DNA from: Camelus ferus
Lineage: Eukaryota
Length of the DNA: 64,000 nucleotides
Assembly: GCF_009834535.1 (NCBI RefSeq)
Contig: NC_045697.1
Location: forward strand, 37,698,001-37,762,000
Reading direction: 5' to 3'
The notes under the pieces: generated by a model
Database searches by the model: none
What the model saw: the letters and a program-made list of their open reading frames with translations, nothing else
Told to the model about the DNA's origin: nothing
In this document: in pieces, positions 50,711 through 64,000 of the stretch
Position numbering within the stretch: the first letter of the stretch is position 1
Layout: each line of letters begins with the position of its first letter
Position numbers and translations under genes: made by a program

Positions 50711-53675
50711 CAAAGGTTAGTTATATGACAATGCACGTGCTGCTGAGATCTGAAAGGCAAGTAAGGCTCATTTCTTCAGCAGCAGTTTCTAATCACCTAC
50801 TATGTGCTAGACACTACACAAGATACTAGGGTTACAGTGGTGGGAAAAAAGGCAGTGTGGGCAGAAATGAGCATCCTCACAACAGCTCCACCGAGGGCAT
50901 ATTTAAGTTAATCGCAGAGCTCTGTTTCTCCAGCTGCTTCTTCAGGCTTTGTGCACACAGAGTATAAATTGTTCCTATCACCAAGCACACTGCACAAATT
51001 ACACTCCACAATGCCAGCTTTGGTCCATCACCACCAGTATGTTGGACTTTATATCTTAAAAAGTAAATATGAAGACCAGCAAAAGATTAATAATTGTGGA
51101 AGCTAGATGATGACCATAAAGTTTCATTTTACTATTCTCTCTACTTTAACACATTTAAAATTTTCCATGATTTAAAAAAAATCTGTTTTAATTAACTACA
51201 GTCAAAGTATTGCATGATCTTGTAAAACACCTCTGACTTATCCACTGTCGGTGTCTTGATGTTACCTCTGGGAAAAGCCTGAGGCAGAGAGGCAGGTGGA
51301 TGAGACCTCGCACTTTTTACTTCATCTATTTCTATAACATTTTGTCAGAACAAGAAAGTGTAACTTTTACAAATAAAAAATACAAATCCAGAGCAACTCT
51401 CTCTTCTAGTGGCTGTTATATTTTCAAATATTGTCACTTGTTGATTATGAATTTGCATGACACTTTCTCCTGTTTGCTTCACTTAATTTGTTTCCAGCAT
51501 TTGTTTATGCTCTAACTGACCAGAGCCCTGACTACCTCGCCAGATGTTGGCTGGATTTCATAGCCCATTGTACTCATGACTATCATGCGCTGGGAGATTA
51601 TGAGTACCTTTTATCTCTCATTATCCACCTTCCTTTCACACCCATGTATATTTTACTCTTTGTGTGCCTGCTTTTTAACTTACATATTTGTATGTCCAAG
51701 GGAAAAAGGCTATGTTACCACAAAGTCAGGCTTGCCTTGGATGTTTCTATCAGTGTTTGGTTTCATTCATAAAGTCTTATATTCTAATAAATATAAATCA
51801 AGCTCCCCATCCTTTTTGTAAAATACATGAAACAGACCTTCATTACTTGCCACCTGCACAGGAAAAATCTCGGTTACTATAAATACATACGCCTATGTGC
51901 TCTCCCCAACTTGCGCACACAGTTTTTTGTTATATCTCATAAGGGGTAAATGTAACAATTTTAAAATGTGGAAAGCATGCAGAGAATTTAAATAATCAAC
52001 TGAAAATCCAGAGAAGGATGTTAGAAACTAATCAAAGAGCTAACACCACTAAGCACACACTGTGAGCAGGCACTGTTCTGAATGCTTCACTGCATCTCTG
52101 GCTTCATTCCTACCACATCCCATAAGGGCAGCAAGCACTATTAGTGATTCCTAGTGAAGAAGAAGGGTGAAGACAAGAAATTGTTTATCCTTACGTCAGT
52201 GTTCCTTTGCCTTCCTAAAAGTCTTGCAAAAAAAAAAAAGTTGTTTTATGTGTTTGCAAACGATCGATGTATACTTTCCCACCATTAGTTAATGATTTGT
52301 TAAAAGTCAAGATATTCTTTGCTTTTTAAAATAATAATAATAAAAAACTGATTTTTGAAGCACTTACTAAGTGCCAGGTATTTTCCTTGGATTATCTTAT
52401 TTTAATGTTCACAATAACTCAGTGGAGAAGGTACTATCAATACTTTCATCTCAGGACAGTGGGGATGAGATTTGAAGGTTTAAGTTAACTTTTCCAAAGT
52501 CCCACAACTAGAAGGAGTAGAATCAGGACCGAACAGAAGAGAGAGAGACATCCGAGACGGACCCCTCCAGGCACTTACGGTTTCTTGTTGAGGATGGTCT
52601 CCTTCAAGGGACGAGGCTGAGTCAGTTGATGCCACTGGCTTCCTCAGCTTCTCCTTGATGATCGCTTCCATTGTCCTAGGTGGATGGAAGGCCAAGAGTG
52701 ACTTAAGACAATCACTCTGCCATGGACCATCAGGGCAGAATTCAAGGCAGGTAACTAGATCACCCTCTCCCTCAACCCCACCCCAGGAATCCCAGCCCAA
52801 CTGGAGCTTCACCTTTACCCCTTCACAGAAAAGCAGCTGCTCCTATACACATAATCACATGTGCAATGGGGGCACTGGGGGTATTTTTTTTTCTGCCGTA
52901 GATTTTTTTTTTTTTTTGTCCTTTAGCCTCTTAGAAAACTTTTTTTCTGTCCTTCATTATCCAGCTTAAATGTCCTTCCTATGTAATATGTCTTAGTTTT
53001 TCACTCAATTGCTTTCTTGAACTGAGACCCTCCCAGAAGAAACAGGCAGAGGTTAAATCTTACCAGAGCAGGTAGTTGAGTTTAGAAGGATAGTTGTTAA
53101 GGTATAATAAGAATGGTGAAATGCATGATGTTGATACTTATTTAATAAAAATGTACTCTGTACTTTACATACTTATAACACATCTAATTAAATAGAGCTA
53201 TTGCAAAGATCTATAAGTTTCAAATCGTATGTGCTGGAAATGTAAAATGTACCTTACAAATCATTCTTAAATTCACATTTAAGTAATAGTCATACACTTA
53301 ATAAATACATCTAGAACAATACTGGATTTAAACTTTATCCTAGACAAATTAGTATGGACTATTTTGTTAGTCACAGAGCTAGCAAATTACTTTCCTTTTC
53401 CTATACACACACAGCACTTACACGACATCATGTATAATAATATGACTATGCTTATGTGACTGTTTCTCCCTAAAAGCAGAAATTAAGTCAAATGTATTTT
53501 GTATTCTCAGCACCTGGCACAGTCTCTGTGCCTCCTCTCCTCTCAACACATTGATGAAGTTAGAATTATTATTTCCCTTTCTTCTGTTCTTTGTTTCTTC
53601 ACTGTTTTTTCCCTCAGAACCACAGGCCTCTTGGATATCCACCACAATTATCCTCACAGAAAGCAATTTATTGGA

Positions 53676-53890
53676 GAGGGGAGGGTATAGTTCAGTGGTA
53701 GAGTGCATGCTTAGCATGCATAAAGTCCTGCCTGGGTTCATTCCCCAGTACCTTCATTAAATAAACAAACAAACAAACAAACCTAATTGCCTACCCCCCC
53801 CACACACACACACAACAAAAAAGTGTTAAAAATTTTTTTAAAAGAAAAACATATCCTTACATTTAAAAAATCATAGTCATTAAGAAAAAA
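53676..53890 (+). mobile_element. tRNA-Ala-derived SINE (Vic-1-like) with 18-bp target-site duplication
   Basis: Same tRNA head with an (AAAC)n tail; AGAAAGCAATTTATTGGA repeated at 53658-53675 and 53891-53908. Confidence 0.9.
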
Positions 53891-54859
53891 AGAAAGCAAT
53901 TTATTGGAATAAATACAACTATACAACATCAACATAGACACAGAGTGAAAAAGTTCTTAATGTATTAATCAGTTAAGACTGGAATTTTGTTTTCTTATTT
54001 TGAGTAACCAAGAAAAAGAAAAAGAGCATTTATAAGATTTGCATGTGCCATACAATAAATGGGTGATTTGAATTTCACTTCTATGTCTTTTGCAGATTGT
54101 AACCATTTTCCAGTGAATTAATACCATCTCCCCTCCTAAACGATTATCAAGTTTTCAAAGAACTGAGTAGTGCAAAAACAAATGCTTTTGTTTCCCAGAG
54201 AATTGTTATAACTCACTCACCCCTCAAGATAAGAATATATCCACTTCCAATTTAGTGGTATTAGTTTGCAGTGCTGTTCACAGTTCTACAGAATCAAGAT
54301 CGCGTTTCCCCATAATGTTGTTTCACCAGCATTGAGAGCCAGTCAATGACAGCAGGAAAGTTTTATGTTCTTTGTATATAAACTTAGTCCTAAGGTTTCC
54401 AAAACATTGGTGAGTAGTCCCTTGAGGCACAAATAAAAATTCTCTTTCTGTATGTTTTTGAACATTCATTTCCAATACATCACTGCTTTGCTGTACATAA
54501 TAAAACCAAGCGGAACAGCTCACCAAGGAACACCTCACACAGAGAGAAATTTTTAAAAGATTTTAAAAAATACAACTTCGGATCTAACTGATAATTATCT
54601 AGAAATTGGTCAGGCTGGTTATAAGCAGATGAAAGACCATAAGGGAATTATTTCATGCATCTGACCACATCAAATAAATAGAAGTTCCATATGTGGAGAA
54701 AATGAGTCTAGTAACAAAGCAACACATCGAAAATATTAGACATTATAAAAATTCTGGAAAGAGAGAGGCTATCCCTCATCTTCTGTCTTCAAATATAATA
54801 GCTTCTTCTTAATCTTGACTCTGCCCAGCATCTCCACCACATCTATCCCACGGTCCGCC

Positions 54860-55800
54860 CCATCTGTCTTTGCTTGATTCTCGTTACACTGTACACACCT
54901 ACCCATCCAGCCAATGCGCTTCACTGGCTTAAGCTCCTTTGCTCAACTCTAAACGTAGGAAATCTCCAAATTATTTTTGGGCATCATCCCTTTTTCTCTT
55001 CGTCATGACTTTCTCAGAGATCTCATTCCCCCTTGTGCCTTCAACCATCTTCCTTATGGGGAAAACATGCAAAGTTGCACTTTCCAGCTCTGATTTCTAC
55101 CCTAGCTCCAGACTCCAGCCCTCCCTGGACATCTCTGGGTGTATGTTCCCCTGGTCTCTTAAAGTCAAAGTGTACACAACTGAACTCTTTCGCTCTTCAC
55201 TCCTACACAGCCTCCTGCAGCCTTCTTAAGTGCAGAGTCCTTCAAAATGCTTATACACCATACCTGACAGCCGTGTTATTCCCCTGCCCTTTTCCCCCAC
55301 CCAAATCCAATACTGTCTACATTCTTTACGTCTCTCATATCTATCCCCTATCTTCATTCATCAGACTGCCCTGATTCATGACCATTTTGCCTTTGTCCTG
55401 GAATTTTCCAATCCATCCATCATTCTGCTGCCAAAGTTATCTTCCTAAAACACACGGTTCATCTGTCCTTTATCTTTGACAGTTGGCATTTGCACACAGC
55501 ATAAAGCCTCAAATCCTAAGCCTGGTGTTCAAGGCTTCATTCTTTGCCTGCTTCCTGTTTTTCCAGCTTATCTTCTAGTATACCGTAGATATATTCCATA
55601 TTCCAGCCATACACAGTCTACTAGCCACTTCCAAAAAATGCTTTATGCCCTCTTATCTCCAGGCTTGTGTTCAATATGTTTTCTTTGCTTAGAATGTACT
55701 TTACCCCAATATCTGCCTATCTGCTTCCCTTCAAAACCAGGCCCCAAGAAGTCTCCTCAATCCTTACTGCTCCTCCCTTGCCCATCAGAATGACTCTTTT
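54860..55800 (+). mobile_element. Degraded L2 fragment(s)
   Basis: Pyrimidine-rich L2-like segments (ctccagactcc...ggacatctc...ttcctaaaacac...); boundaries approximate. Confidence 0.5.
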
Positions 55801-56154
55801 CCCACCTGCAATAGCCAGGATTCTTCAGATTGTAAGCAACAGAAAAACCAACCAATCTGGCTTAAACACATAGGATCATGTTGCTGTACATTATGGGCTG
55901 GTTTCAGGTAGTTTTATCTAGAATCTCAGTGTGTCATCCTGCCATTTTTCTGTGTGATTTTTCTCAATTCTGTCCTCAGGCTCTCCTCATAGTAGGAAAA
56001 AAAAAAAATGGCCGTATATCCTCACACCACACTGTCCACAGAAAAAGAAAATTCTTTGCCAGAAGCTCTTGAGAAATAATGAGGAGGATTCTTGGTCTTC
56101 AGCAAGCATCTCCTTGCATCTCATTTGCTCATCCCTACACCGATTACCAGGGAT

Positions 56155-56280
56155 AGTGTCTTAGTCCCTTTGGGCTGCTATAACAAGAAACCACAGACTG
56201 GGTGGCATACAAACAACAGAAATTTATTTCCCACAGTGCTGGGGGCTGGAAGTCTGAGATCAGGGTGCCAGCATGGTTGC
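56155..56280 (-). mobile_element. MaLR (MLT1/MST-type) LTR fragment
   Basis: tgtcttagtcc...gggctgctataacaa..accacagactgggtggc..aaacaacagaaatttatttc.cacagt.ctgg.ggctggaagtctgagatcagggtgccagcatgg. Confidence 0.8.
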
Positions 56281-57314
56281 TCAATAAAATACACCTCTTG
56301 ATAAAACAGTCACTAAAAAGCTTCTTCTTGTCTTTCAGCCTTCCAATTCCAATTATCCCTCAATCTTGCCTGTTCTTCTTTCCTAACATATTCGTTTTTT
56401 CCAGCTTATTCTTATATTAAACTGATCATGAAGTTCTGACCATCTTTTGGCTCAACTTCTAGAACTTCTAGAATAGCATATTTGAAAAATCAATCAATCT
56501 CATGTGTTGACCCAAAACTGTCCTCCTGTCTCAATATTCTTCCTCCTGACCTGATCTCCAATATCAAATATTTAATGTCTTTCATCTCATAATCATATAC
56601 CATGAGGAACCAATACAGCATCATATTTGGATTTGCTCCTGACAATAATTCTCATGAGACAACATGTCAACTGACTCCTTGAAGCTGCCCCTCCCATGAG
56701 ATGGAACCCATAGAACTACAGGATCCCTTAAGAGATTATTCAACCCAGTCTCCTGTCTTCAGTCAACAAGTCATTAGCCACCAAGAAAGGTCTTGATTAT
56801 CTGCACCTTGAAGAATTACTGAAAAGATTCTCCATAACCATACTTGGCAATGCAGAATCCCTTCTAGCATGTGGCTATGACATAGTCTTATGAAGATTTT
56901 AACACCATGAGGCTTAACACCACACTCTGTACCCAGAAACTCGCTACAGTACCAGAGGTCTGTTCCTTGAGGCACTGCTATTATCTCCACTTCATAGGTG
57001 TGGAAACTAAGGCTCAGAGAGGTTAGTTAAGTAAGAGGTTAACTAAGGCTTGAGTACAAGTGGCAGATTTCTGAGCAATCCCTATTCATTCAGCAAATGA
57101 TTAATTTACTTTTTAATAGCAAGGTAATTATGACATATCTATGCAAACACCAGAAGTTCAGACTTTTTAGAAGCAAATGAACTGGATATACTGTTCATGA
57201 TTTTTACTATAGGCTTTATTGAATATTTATTATTTTAGTTTTATTTTGTAATTTATTAAATTATTTTATTGACTTATTTTTATTTATTAGAGAGTTTATC
57301 TATTAATGTTAAAA

Positions 57315-57500
57315 TAGTGGTTCTCAATTCTGACTGCACATTAGAATCTCCTAGGTCTGGGAGCTTTGAAAAGGATATGGTACCTGGCACCAGCCTACAT
57401 TAATTAAATCAGAATCTCTGGGAGGAAAAGTTGACCAACAGATATTTGTGTGTGTTAGAATGTGATTCAAATGTACAGCCAGAGTAGAGAAACATTGTGT
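57315..57500. mobile_element. MER5-family hAT-Charlie DNA transposon relic
   Basis: tagtggttctcaa...gcacattagaatc...aaatcagaatctctggg...gattcaaatgtacagcca...agaaacattg. Confidence 0.7.
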
Positions 57501-60124
57501 TAAACTCTTGTTCATAAGAACAGAAAAGATCCTACTGAAACTCTGAAATGAAAACATCACAGCTCCAGGACTCTCTCATGCATTGTATAGTACCGTCACA
57601 ATGAGCTTCATAAAGAGTACAAAAATATGTGAGCAATTTTAAAAGGATAGCTCGTAAGAACAAAATTATTCTTAGCATACTCAAAATTGTTAAAAATACT
57701 TTTAAATATTTTTCAGCCTAAAAAAATCTATTTAACGTGAGATGGCAGTGCATTTTAATGTGTTTGCCATGATTCAGGGTGAGTCTTCCAAAAGTAAGAA
57801 CACCTATAACATAAAAAGATCTTAAAGCATCCCCCATAGAGTGTTTTCAATTACAATTCAATATTTACAGCATGAAATGTTCCTATCTACTGCTGAAGAA
57901 AATGTCAAAAAAGTAAGAGTCTGAAGTCAACAGTTTGGCAGCAACAATTCATTTTGGTAGAAAGAATTATAGCTTCAGACAGAAGATAAGCTTTTTATGT
58001 TTATTGAGGCAACTCTCCCATTCTTTCTGAGTTATGTTTTTTGTTAAAGGCTATTCTGAATGAAAGAACCACTTAGGGGAGGTTGGGAGGGAGGAAGACA
58101 CCAAAATTGAGTTTCAAGAAAGATGAATTATCTAAGTCAGTTTCTCTGATCTAGAAACACTGCTGATCGCAATGTAGCTAGTACATAACGTCGTGTTTCG
58201 TCCTTCCTAGCTGCTAAAGTCAAAAGCCAAATTCCAATGAACTGGAGTAGTATGTAGAGCTAGCTCTTATATCCAGTTACAAGAATTCTCCAGGGTCTAA
58301 AATGAAGACCCCAGACTACAAACATCTCTACAATTCTTTATGAGCTTGCGTTTCAAAAACTTTGGAAATGTCTGTGTGTGTGTGCCTGTGTACAGGAGAC
58401 AGACTAAAAACATACACGTCAGAATTTAACAGTGATTATTCCTCAGTGAGAGAAATCTGGATGACAAATGTTCTTCAAGAATCACAGGATACTTTGTATA
58501 CACATAGGCAGAAAAAAAATTATTGAAGGGCACACATGAAACTTAAAAATAATTACTCCTGCGGACCAGGATGCGAATGGGAGACAGAAGAGGTTTCATT
58601 TATTACTCCATACTCTTTTATATTTTTTAGTATTTTCATTGATACTTTGTAATTTATAGTCATAATGTAGATATTAATAAACTTATGATAAATTTTGGAT
58701 TTTTAGAAAGCAATGAAAGCCCATACTCATCCTCTCTAATTTGGAGGTGTCTTTATTAACATCTCATTTGCCCAGGTGGGTAAGAGAATATGAACCCAAG
58801 TGCTTGCCCTTCTCTCTCCTGCTTAGAGAGCACAGAGTTGATCTTCTGCAACACTCCTGCTGCCTCGTGGGTTTCGTGGGAGTGCCAAAGCAGGATCGTG
58901 GCCTCAGAGAAGCCCTAAGTAACCAATAATAATTCATCTTTAAAGCTGAAATATATTCTGAACCTGCTGTACAAAATGTTTTTGTTGCATTATCTCACTT
59001 TCTCTTTAATACTATGAGACTCAGAAGAAGTAAATATCTTTAACAGATATTTATACACCGTTAGTCAATTGAAGAGCCAGGATTTCAATCTTTCTGACTT
59101 CACAAACCACAAATAGGAAGAAATTAAACTTGTGAAACAATCAGGAAGTTTGAACAGTAAGTGGATATCAGTCTGAGCTGGTAATATTTCTGCTGATAGA
59201 GTCCTCTATAAACTTTGTAGTTCTCCTACAACTCTCCCTGAGATTTACTCTGTTAGTCAAAACCCACAGCTGCAAATCCCTTTGAGGTACGTGTTTCTCT
59301 CTGCCTTGGACTTCTGCTGAGACTGCTGGGGGACAATGGCCTCCAACTGTCTTAGAAGCTCAATTGTTGACTGAATAATCCTCTGAGAAAACACCTTCAA
59401 TCTTCCTGCTAAACTTTCTGCCTCCAGTGAACAATAATACTTTCCTTTACACCCTCACTGGCAGGCTTCTTAAATGTCATCGTGCTTTTGCTAACAATCT
59501 CATCGATATTCTTTTTATATATATAATTACTCCCATACATACATATTGTAATAGTTTAGTAAAAAAAATTGTGTGAAGAAGTTCGCTATACAGGGTTTGG
59601 TCCATATTACTTTTTAAAAATTTTGCATTGATTGATTGCAATTTTTTTCACTGATGCCTGTTCAATTCTTCAGCATAGGTCTTTCTTCATAATAAGCTTC
59701 TAAATAACTAACCCCATGACTGAAAAGGGGGAAATCCTTCTAAATATATTACCTATAACTGTGAAGGGGGAAGAATCTTCAAAATATAATAGGCTATCTA
59801 GAAAATAATATATATAATATATTAGATGTATGTACATAAATAGATATATGGATAAAATAAAACCTTACGTGTAAAGGCTGCCATTGTGTTTTTTTGAATC
59901 AATTTCCTATGGAGTAACATACTGTATTTAGTTTCAAATGGCTTATTCTAAAGATATTTTCCTCTTCCAGTTTCCCATATTTGTTTGAAGGGGAAGTGTG
60001 GTGATGTAGTGGAGGAGTGGGAGCTTTGGCGCCAGATGAACCAAGATTAGAATCTCAGCTCTGCTACGATGGCCATTTTAACTGGGCTGAGCCCCAATTT
60101 TCTCTTTTTTAGATTTGATTCTAC

Positions 60125-60445
60125 TTTTTAAGAAATTTCTTGTCGTAAGAACATTTAACATGAGATGTATCGTCTTCATAGATTAAAAAAAAAATTTCCC
60201 AGCTTTATTGGGAAACAATAGACATATAACATTGTGTAAGTTTAAGGTATATAGTGTGATGGTTTGATTCAAGTATATATTGCAAAATTTTTACCACAAT
60301 AAGATTAGTTAACACAACCTTCACCTCACTTAATTACCATTTTGTTGTTTCTTCATAGGTTTTTAGTAATAATATAGTATTATTATCTACAGGCACAACG
60401 TTGTACATCAGATCTCTAGAGTTTATTCATCTTGCATGACTGAAA
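60125..60445 (-). mobile_element. LINE-1 3' ends, one nested in another
   Basis: Outer L1MB-like 3'UTR interrupted by an L1MA-like 3' end (60182-60349) flanked by TCTTCATAG repeats. Confidence 0.7.
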
Positions 60446-60810
60446 TTTAATTCTACCAAACATCTACCAAAAATTAAACCAAACATTAAGAATTAATACC
60501 AATCCTTCCTAAACTTTCCCCAAAAAAACTAGAGGAGGGAACATTTCCAAACTTGTTTTATGAAGTCAGCATTACTCTGATACCAAAGCCAGACGAAGAA
60601 AAGAAAACCACAGGCCAATATCCCTGATGAACACTGATGCAAAAATCCTCAAGAAAATACTAGGAAACTGAATTCAACAGCACATTAAAAGGATCATACA
60701 TCACAACCAATGGGATCTACTCCTGGGATGCATGGATGGCTCAACATATGAAAGTCAAGTACTGTGATACAGCACATGAACAGAAAGATAAAAGTCACAT
60801 GATCATCTCT
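60446..60810 (+). mobile_element. LINE-1 ORF2 reverse-transcriptase fragment (decayed)
   Basis: Encodes [32 protein letters not shown] with a stop and frameshifts. Confidence 0.9.
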
Positions 60811-60944
60811 TCAATATTCCTTAGGTTTTCACTAACAAGCTTGTCAAAGTTCTGACAGCCTCTTCCAATCGCCCCATTTGAATTCCACTCCCACATTTTT
60901 AAATGTTTGTTGTGGCAACACCTCATTTCCAGGTACCAAAACCT

Positions 60945-61460
60945 GTGCTAAGTTTTCTATTACATAACAAATTACTCAGAAACCTAGTGGCTTCAAACAA
61001 TAAGCTTTCATTATTGCCAAGCTTTTGTGGTTCAGAGTGTGGTTCAGGAGTATGGGAGCAGTTTCACTGGGTTGTTCTAGCTCCAGGTCTCTCATAAGGT
61101 TACAGGCAAGATGTCGGCCTGGATGCAGTCATGTGAAGGCTTGGTTGGGGCTGAAAAATCCATCCCTAGTGTGATCCATCCATATGACTACTGGCAGAAG
61201 GATGCAGATCCTCACCGAATGCTGGGATTCTCCATAGGACTACTGGTATCCTCAGACATGGAAGCTGGCTCCCTTACAGCTACAGATCCGAGGTAGCAAG
61301 ATGGAAACCACAGTGTCTTTTATGACCTAGAATTGGAAGTCATACATGATCATGTCCACAATATGCCATTACACAGTTCAGCCCTATTCGCTGTAGGAGG
61401 ACATTAACACCCAGTGCTTAAATATAGGAGACAGGGGTCACTGAGGATTCTTGAGGGTTT
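60945..61460 (-). mobile_element. MaLR MLT1-type solo LTR
   Basis: taacaaattactc..aaacctagtggcttcaaacaa...ggtctctcat.aggtt...ttttatgacctag...ggaagtcatac. Confidence 0.7.
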
Positions 61461-61509
61461 GACTGTGATTTCTCTTACTAGTGTTGTCTAATTTTAGCAT
61501 CCAAATCTT

Positions 61510-62270
61510 GACCACATTTTGATAGATTTATCCCGAAGTATTTCATGTTCACTGATGTCACTGTAATTTCTAATTGTTTTTTGCTACCATATAAAAACAC
61601 AATTTTTGTGTTGTTCTAGTAACCTATGCCCTTGCTAGACTTACATAGAAGTTCTAGTAGCTTCTTGGTAGATTTCTCTGAGGTCTTCTTTGTAGATAAT
61701 CATGTTTCTGTGAATAAAGGCAGTTTTATTTCTTCCTTTCTTATCTATACTTTTCATCTGTTGTCTTCTCATACAGGCTAGGATCTCCAATATAATGGCA
61801 AATAGAAGTGATGAGAGCAGAAATCTTTGCCTCATACCCATGCTTGAGAAGCAGCCCCTCATCGTTAAGTATGAAAGTGTAAGTTTTTCATAGATTCCTT
61901 TTATCAGGCTGAAGAAGGTCCCTTCTAGTCCTAATTTACTGGAAGTTATTATGAATGTGTGCTTGAATTTTGTCAAATGCTCTTTCTGAGTCTGTTGAGA
62001 CAATGGTGCAGTTGTTCTGGTGAATCACATTTATTGATTTTTGAATGTTGAACTAAACATGCATTCCTGAGATAAACACCACTTGGACATGATGTGCTAT
62101 CTTTTCTATATATAGTAAGATTTGATTTGATAATAAGGATTTTTTAATCCATGTTTAAAAGGGACATTGGTCTATAGTTTACTTTCCTTGTAATATCATT
62201 TTCTGTTTTCTTTTTAAATCACAGTAGTGGTAGCTTCATGAAATCAGTTGGGAAGTGTTCCCTTCTCTTC
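61510..62270 (-). mobile_element. Old LINE-1 ORF2 fragment
   Basis: Degenerate RT-region sequence; ORF 61641-62003 is a scrambled L1 RT translation. Confidence 0.75.
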
Positions 62271-62789
62271 TATTTTTCTGGAATGAATATATATATATAT
62301 ATTTTCATATATATACACATATATATATATGAAAAGATACCATTATATTGAATTTGCTTAAAAATAATTTGGAATGAAGAGAGGAATGAATGTGAATATA
62401 GATAAAACAAGATAGACCAGCAGTTGATAATTATTGAAGTTTTGCAATGGGTATGTAAGGATTTACTAAACTTTTCTCTGCTCTTCTGTATATGCTTGAA
62501 ACTTTCAATAATAAGATAAATGTGTCCTTTCCACAGCTCTATCCTACTTCCCAACGAATATGCTAGAGAAAAGGGTACCCTAAAATTTCAGCAAAGAGGG
62601 AAGCAGAAGTTTAGACATTGAAAGTTTCCAAATCCTTTTAAAGAGCATACTAATCATTAGCATCCAAATGTGTATTTAGAGAAGAGTAGGATAAATCAAT
62701 TACAGCTTCAGTTTAGATGTGGGTTTAAGACCATCTTAATTTCTTGGCTATGTCTTCAACTTAGCTTTGAAAAATTCTATCCTGTAATG

Positions 62790-63285
62790 CAATGGTTGTC
62801 AAATTTTAATGTGCATAAGAATCACCTGGAGGGCTTCTTAAAACACAGATTACTTACTATTCTATATGATACTGTAATGGTGAATTCATGTCATGTATTT
62901 GTCAAGATCCATAAAATGTAGACCACCAAGAATAAACTTAATGTAAATTAGGGATTTGGGGTGATAATGATGTGTCAATGCAGCTTCATGGATTATAACA
63001 CATGTACCACTCTGGTCGGGGATGTTGACAGTTGGGGAGGCTATGTGTAGGTAAAGTGGGTATATGGGAACTCTGAACTTTCTCCCCAGTTTTGCTGGGA
63101 AACTAAAACTGCTCTAAAAAAATAAAGTCTATTTAAAAACCACTAACAAAGAAACAAATTGCTAGACTCCATCCTTAGAGTTTCTCATGCAGTAGATTTA
63201 GGGAGCCCAAGAATTTGCATTTCTAGTAACTTCCCATGTGATAATGATGATGTTGGTCCAACACCCACAAAAGAACTTCTGCTTT
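62790..63285. mobile_element. MER5A split by an L1MC-like 3' end (about 62855-63140, + strand)
   Basis: Left half gaatcacctggagggcttcttaaaacacagatt and right half gaatttgcatttcta.taacttccca flank an L1 3'UTR ending aaaactgctctaaaaaaataaagtctatt. Confidence 0.75.
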
Positions 63286-63749
63286 AATATAAAGACTCAA
63301 TATTCAGAAATTTCAGGCTTTCTCACAATTAAATCCTGGGTCCAATCCAAGCAGAACATTATTTAGTTCAAAGCTATACTGACTCTAACTTCTGTTTGTT
63401 TCATTTTGGCAATCTTTGTTTGAATACCTATCATGTACCAGGTGGCTAGCCTCTGGAGATACAAGGATACATATTAATGCATTGTCTCTGCCATTGAAGA
63501 CTTTATAGTCTGATTCCTTATCTTTAATCCTGTTTATTAATTTTATAGGATATTTTGTTCAATTTTGATCTAAGCTGTTTCATTTGTAACAGATTATTTT
63601 TACCTTTGCTGTGGTAAATTAAATTAACAGTTGAGTTCAGCTGGCAGTGTCAAATATTACAGTGTTTTTTCTAGATCTTGATCTTATAGTCCAAGTCCTC
63701 TCAACTTTCTCCCAGAAGAGACCTTAGAAATCATCTCGTTCATAGACCT

Positions 63750-63830
63750 ACCCGCATTTACAGTTGAGGAAACAGAAGCCCAGAAGAATGTGGCAACTTT
63801 CCCAAGGTCACTAAGCTAGTAAGTGATAAA
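63750..63830 (-). mobile_element. MIR SINE fragment
   Basis: catttacagttgaggaaacagaagcccaga...cccaaggtcact. Confidence 0.6.
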
Positions 63831-64000
63831 GAGATCCAAGTCACTTCAAATATGGTGATCTTCCCATGACATCTGGCCTCAAGACTTAAATTGTAACATC
63901 AAGGAAAATTATGGATATGGGAATATCTAGGAAACATTTCACAAATTTCAGTGGAATCTCGTGATTACATTAAATTATTGAAGGTCTTTGTGAATTACGG

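Noticed and set aside
61641..62003. 120-aa ORF with RT-like words
   Set aside because: A decayed LINE-1 ORF2 remnant, not a gene
62302..62335. 14-bp inverted repeat TTTTCATATATATA / TATATATATGAAAA
   Set aside because: Mostly explained by self-complementary (TA)n sequence

Overview
The window is mammalian genomic DNA holding one complete, intact KDR (VEGFR2/Flk1) gene on the minus strand. I mapped 30 coding exons, all with GT-AG junctions. Their lengths sum to 4071 nt (1356 aa plus stop), from the ATG at 47887-47889 to the TAA at 6292-6294. The gene has a TATA-less CpG-island promoter, with the TSS inferred near 48190, and a 3'UTR of about 1.65 kb. The flanks (about 4.6 kb downstream, about 16 kb upstream) and the introns are non-coding and carry LINE-1, L2, MIR, MaLR LTR and MER5 relics. 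Two tRNA-Ala-derived SINEs resemble Vic-1, which suggests a camelid. I found no second protein-coding gene and no wholly new system. The best leads are regulatory: intron-13 read-through to soluble VEGFR2, a candidate second soluble isoform from a duplicated poly(A) signal in intron 15, a long overlapping uORF, endothelial enhancer motif clusters in introns 1 and 10, and clustered miRNA seed sites. All comparisons with human/mouse KDR and all repeat subfamily names come from memory, not from alignments.
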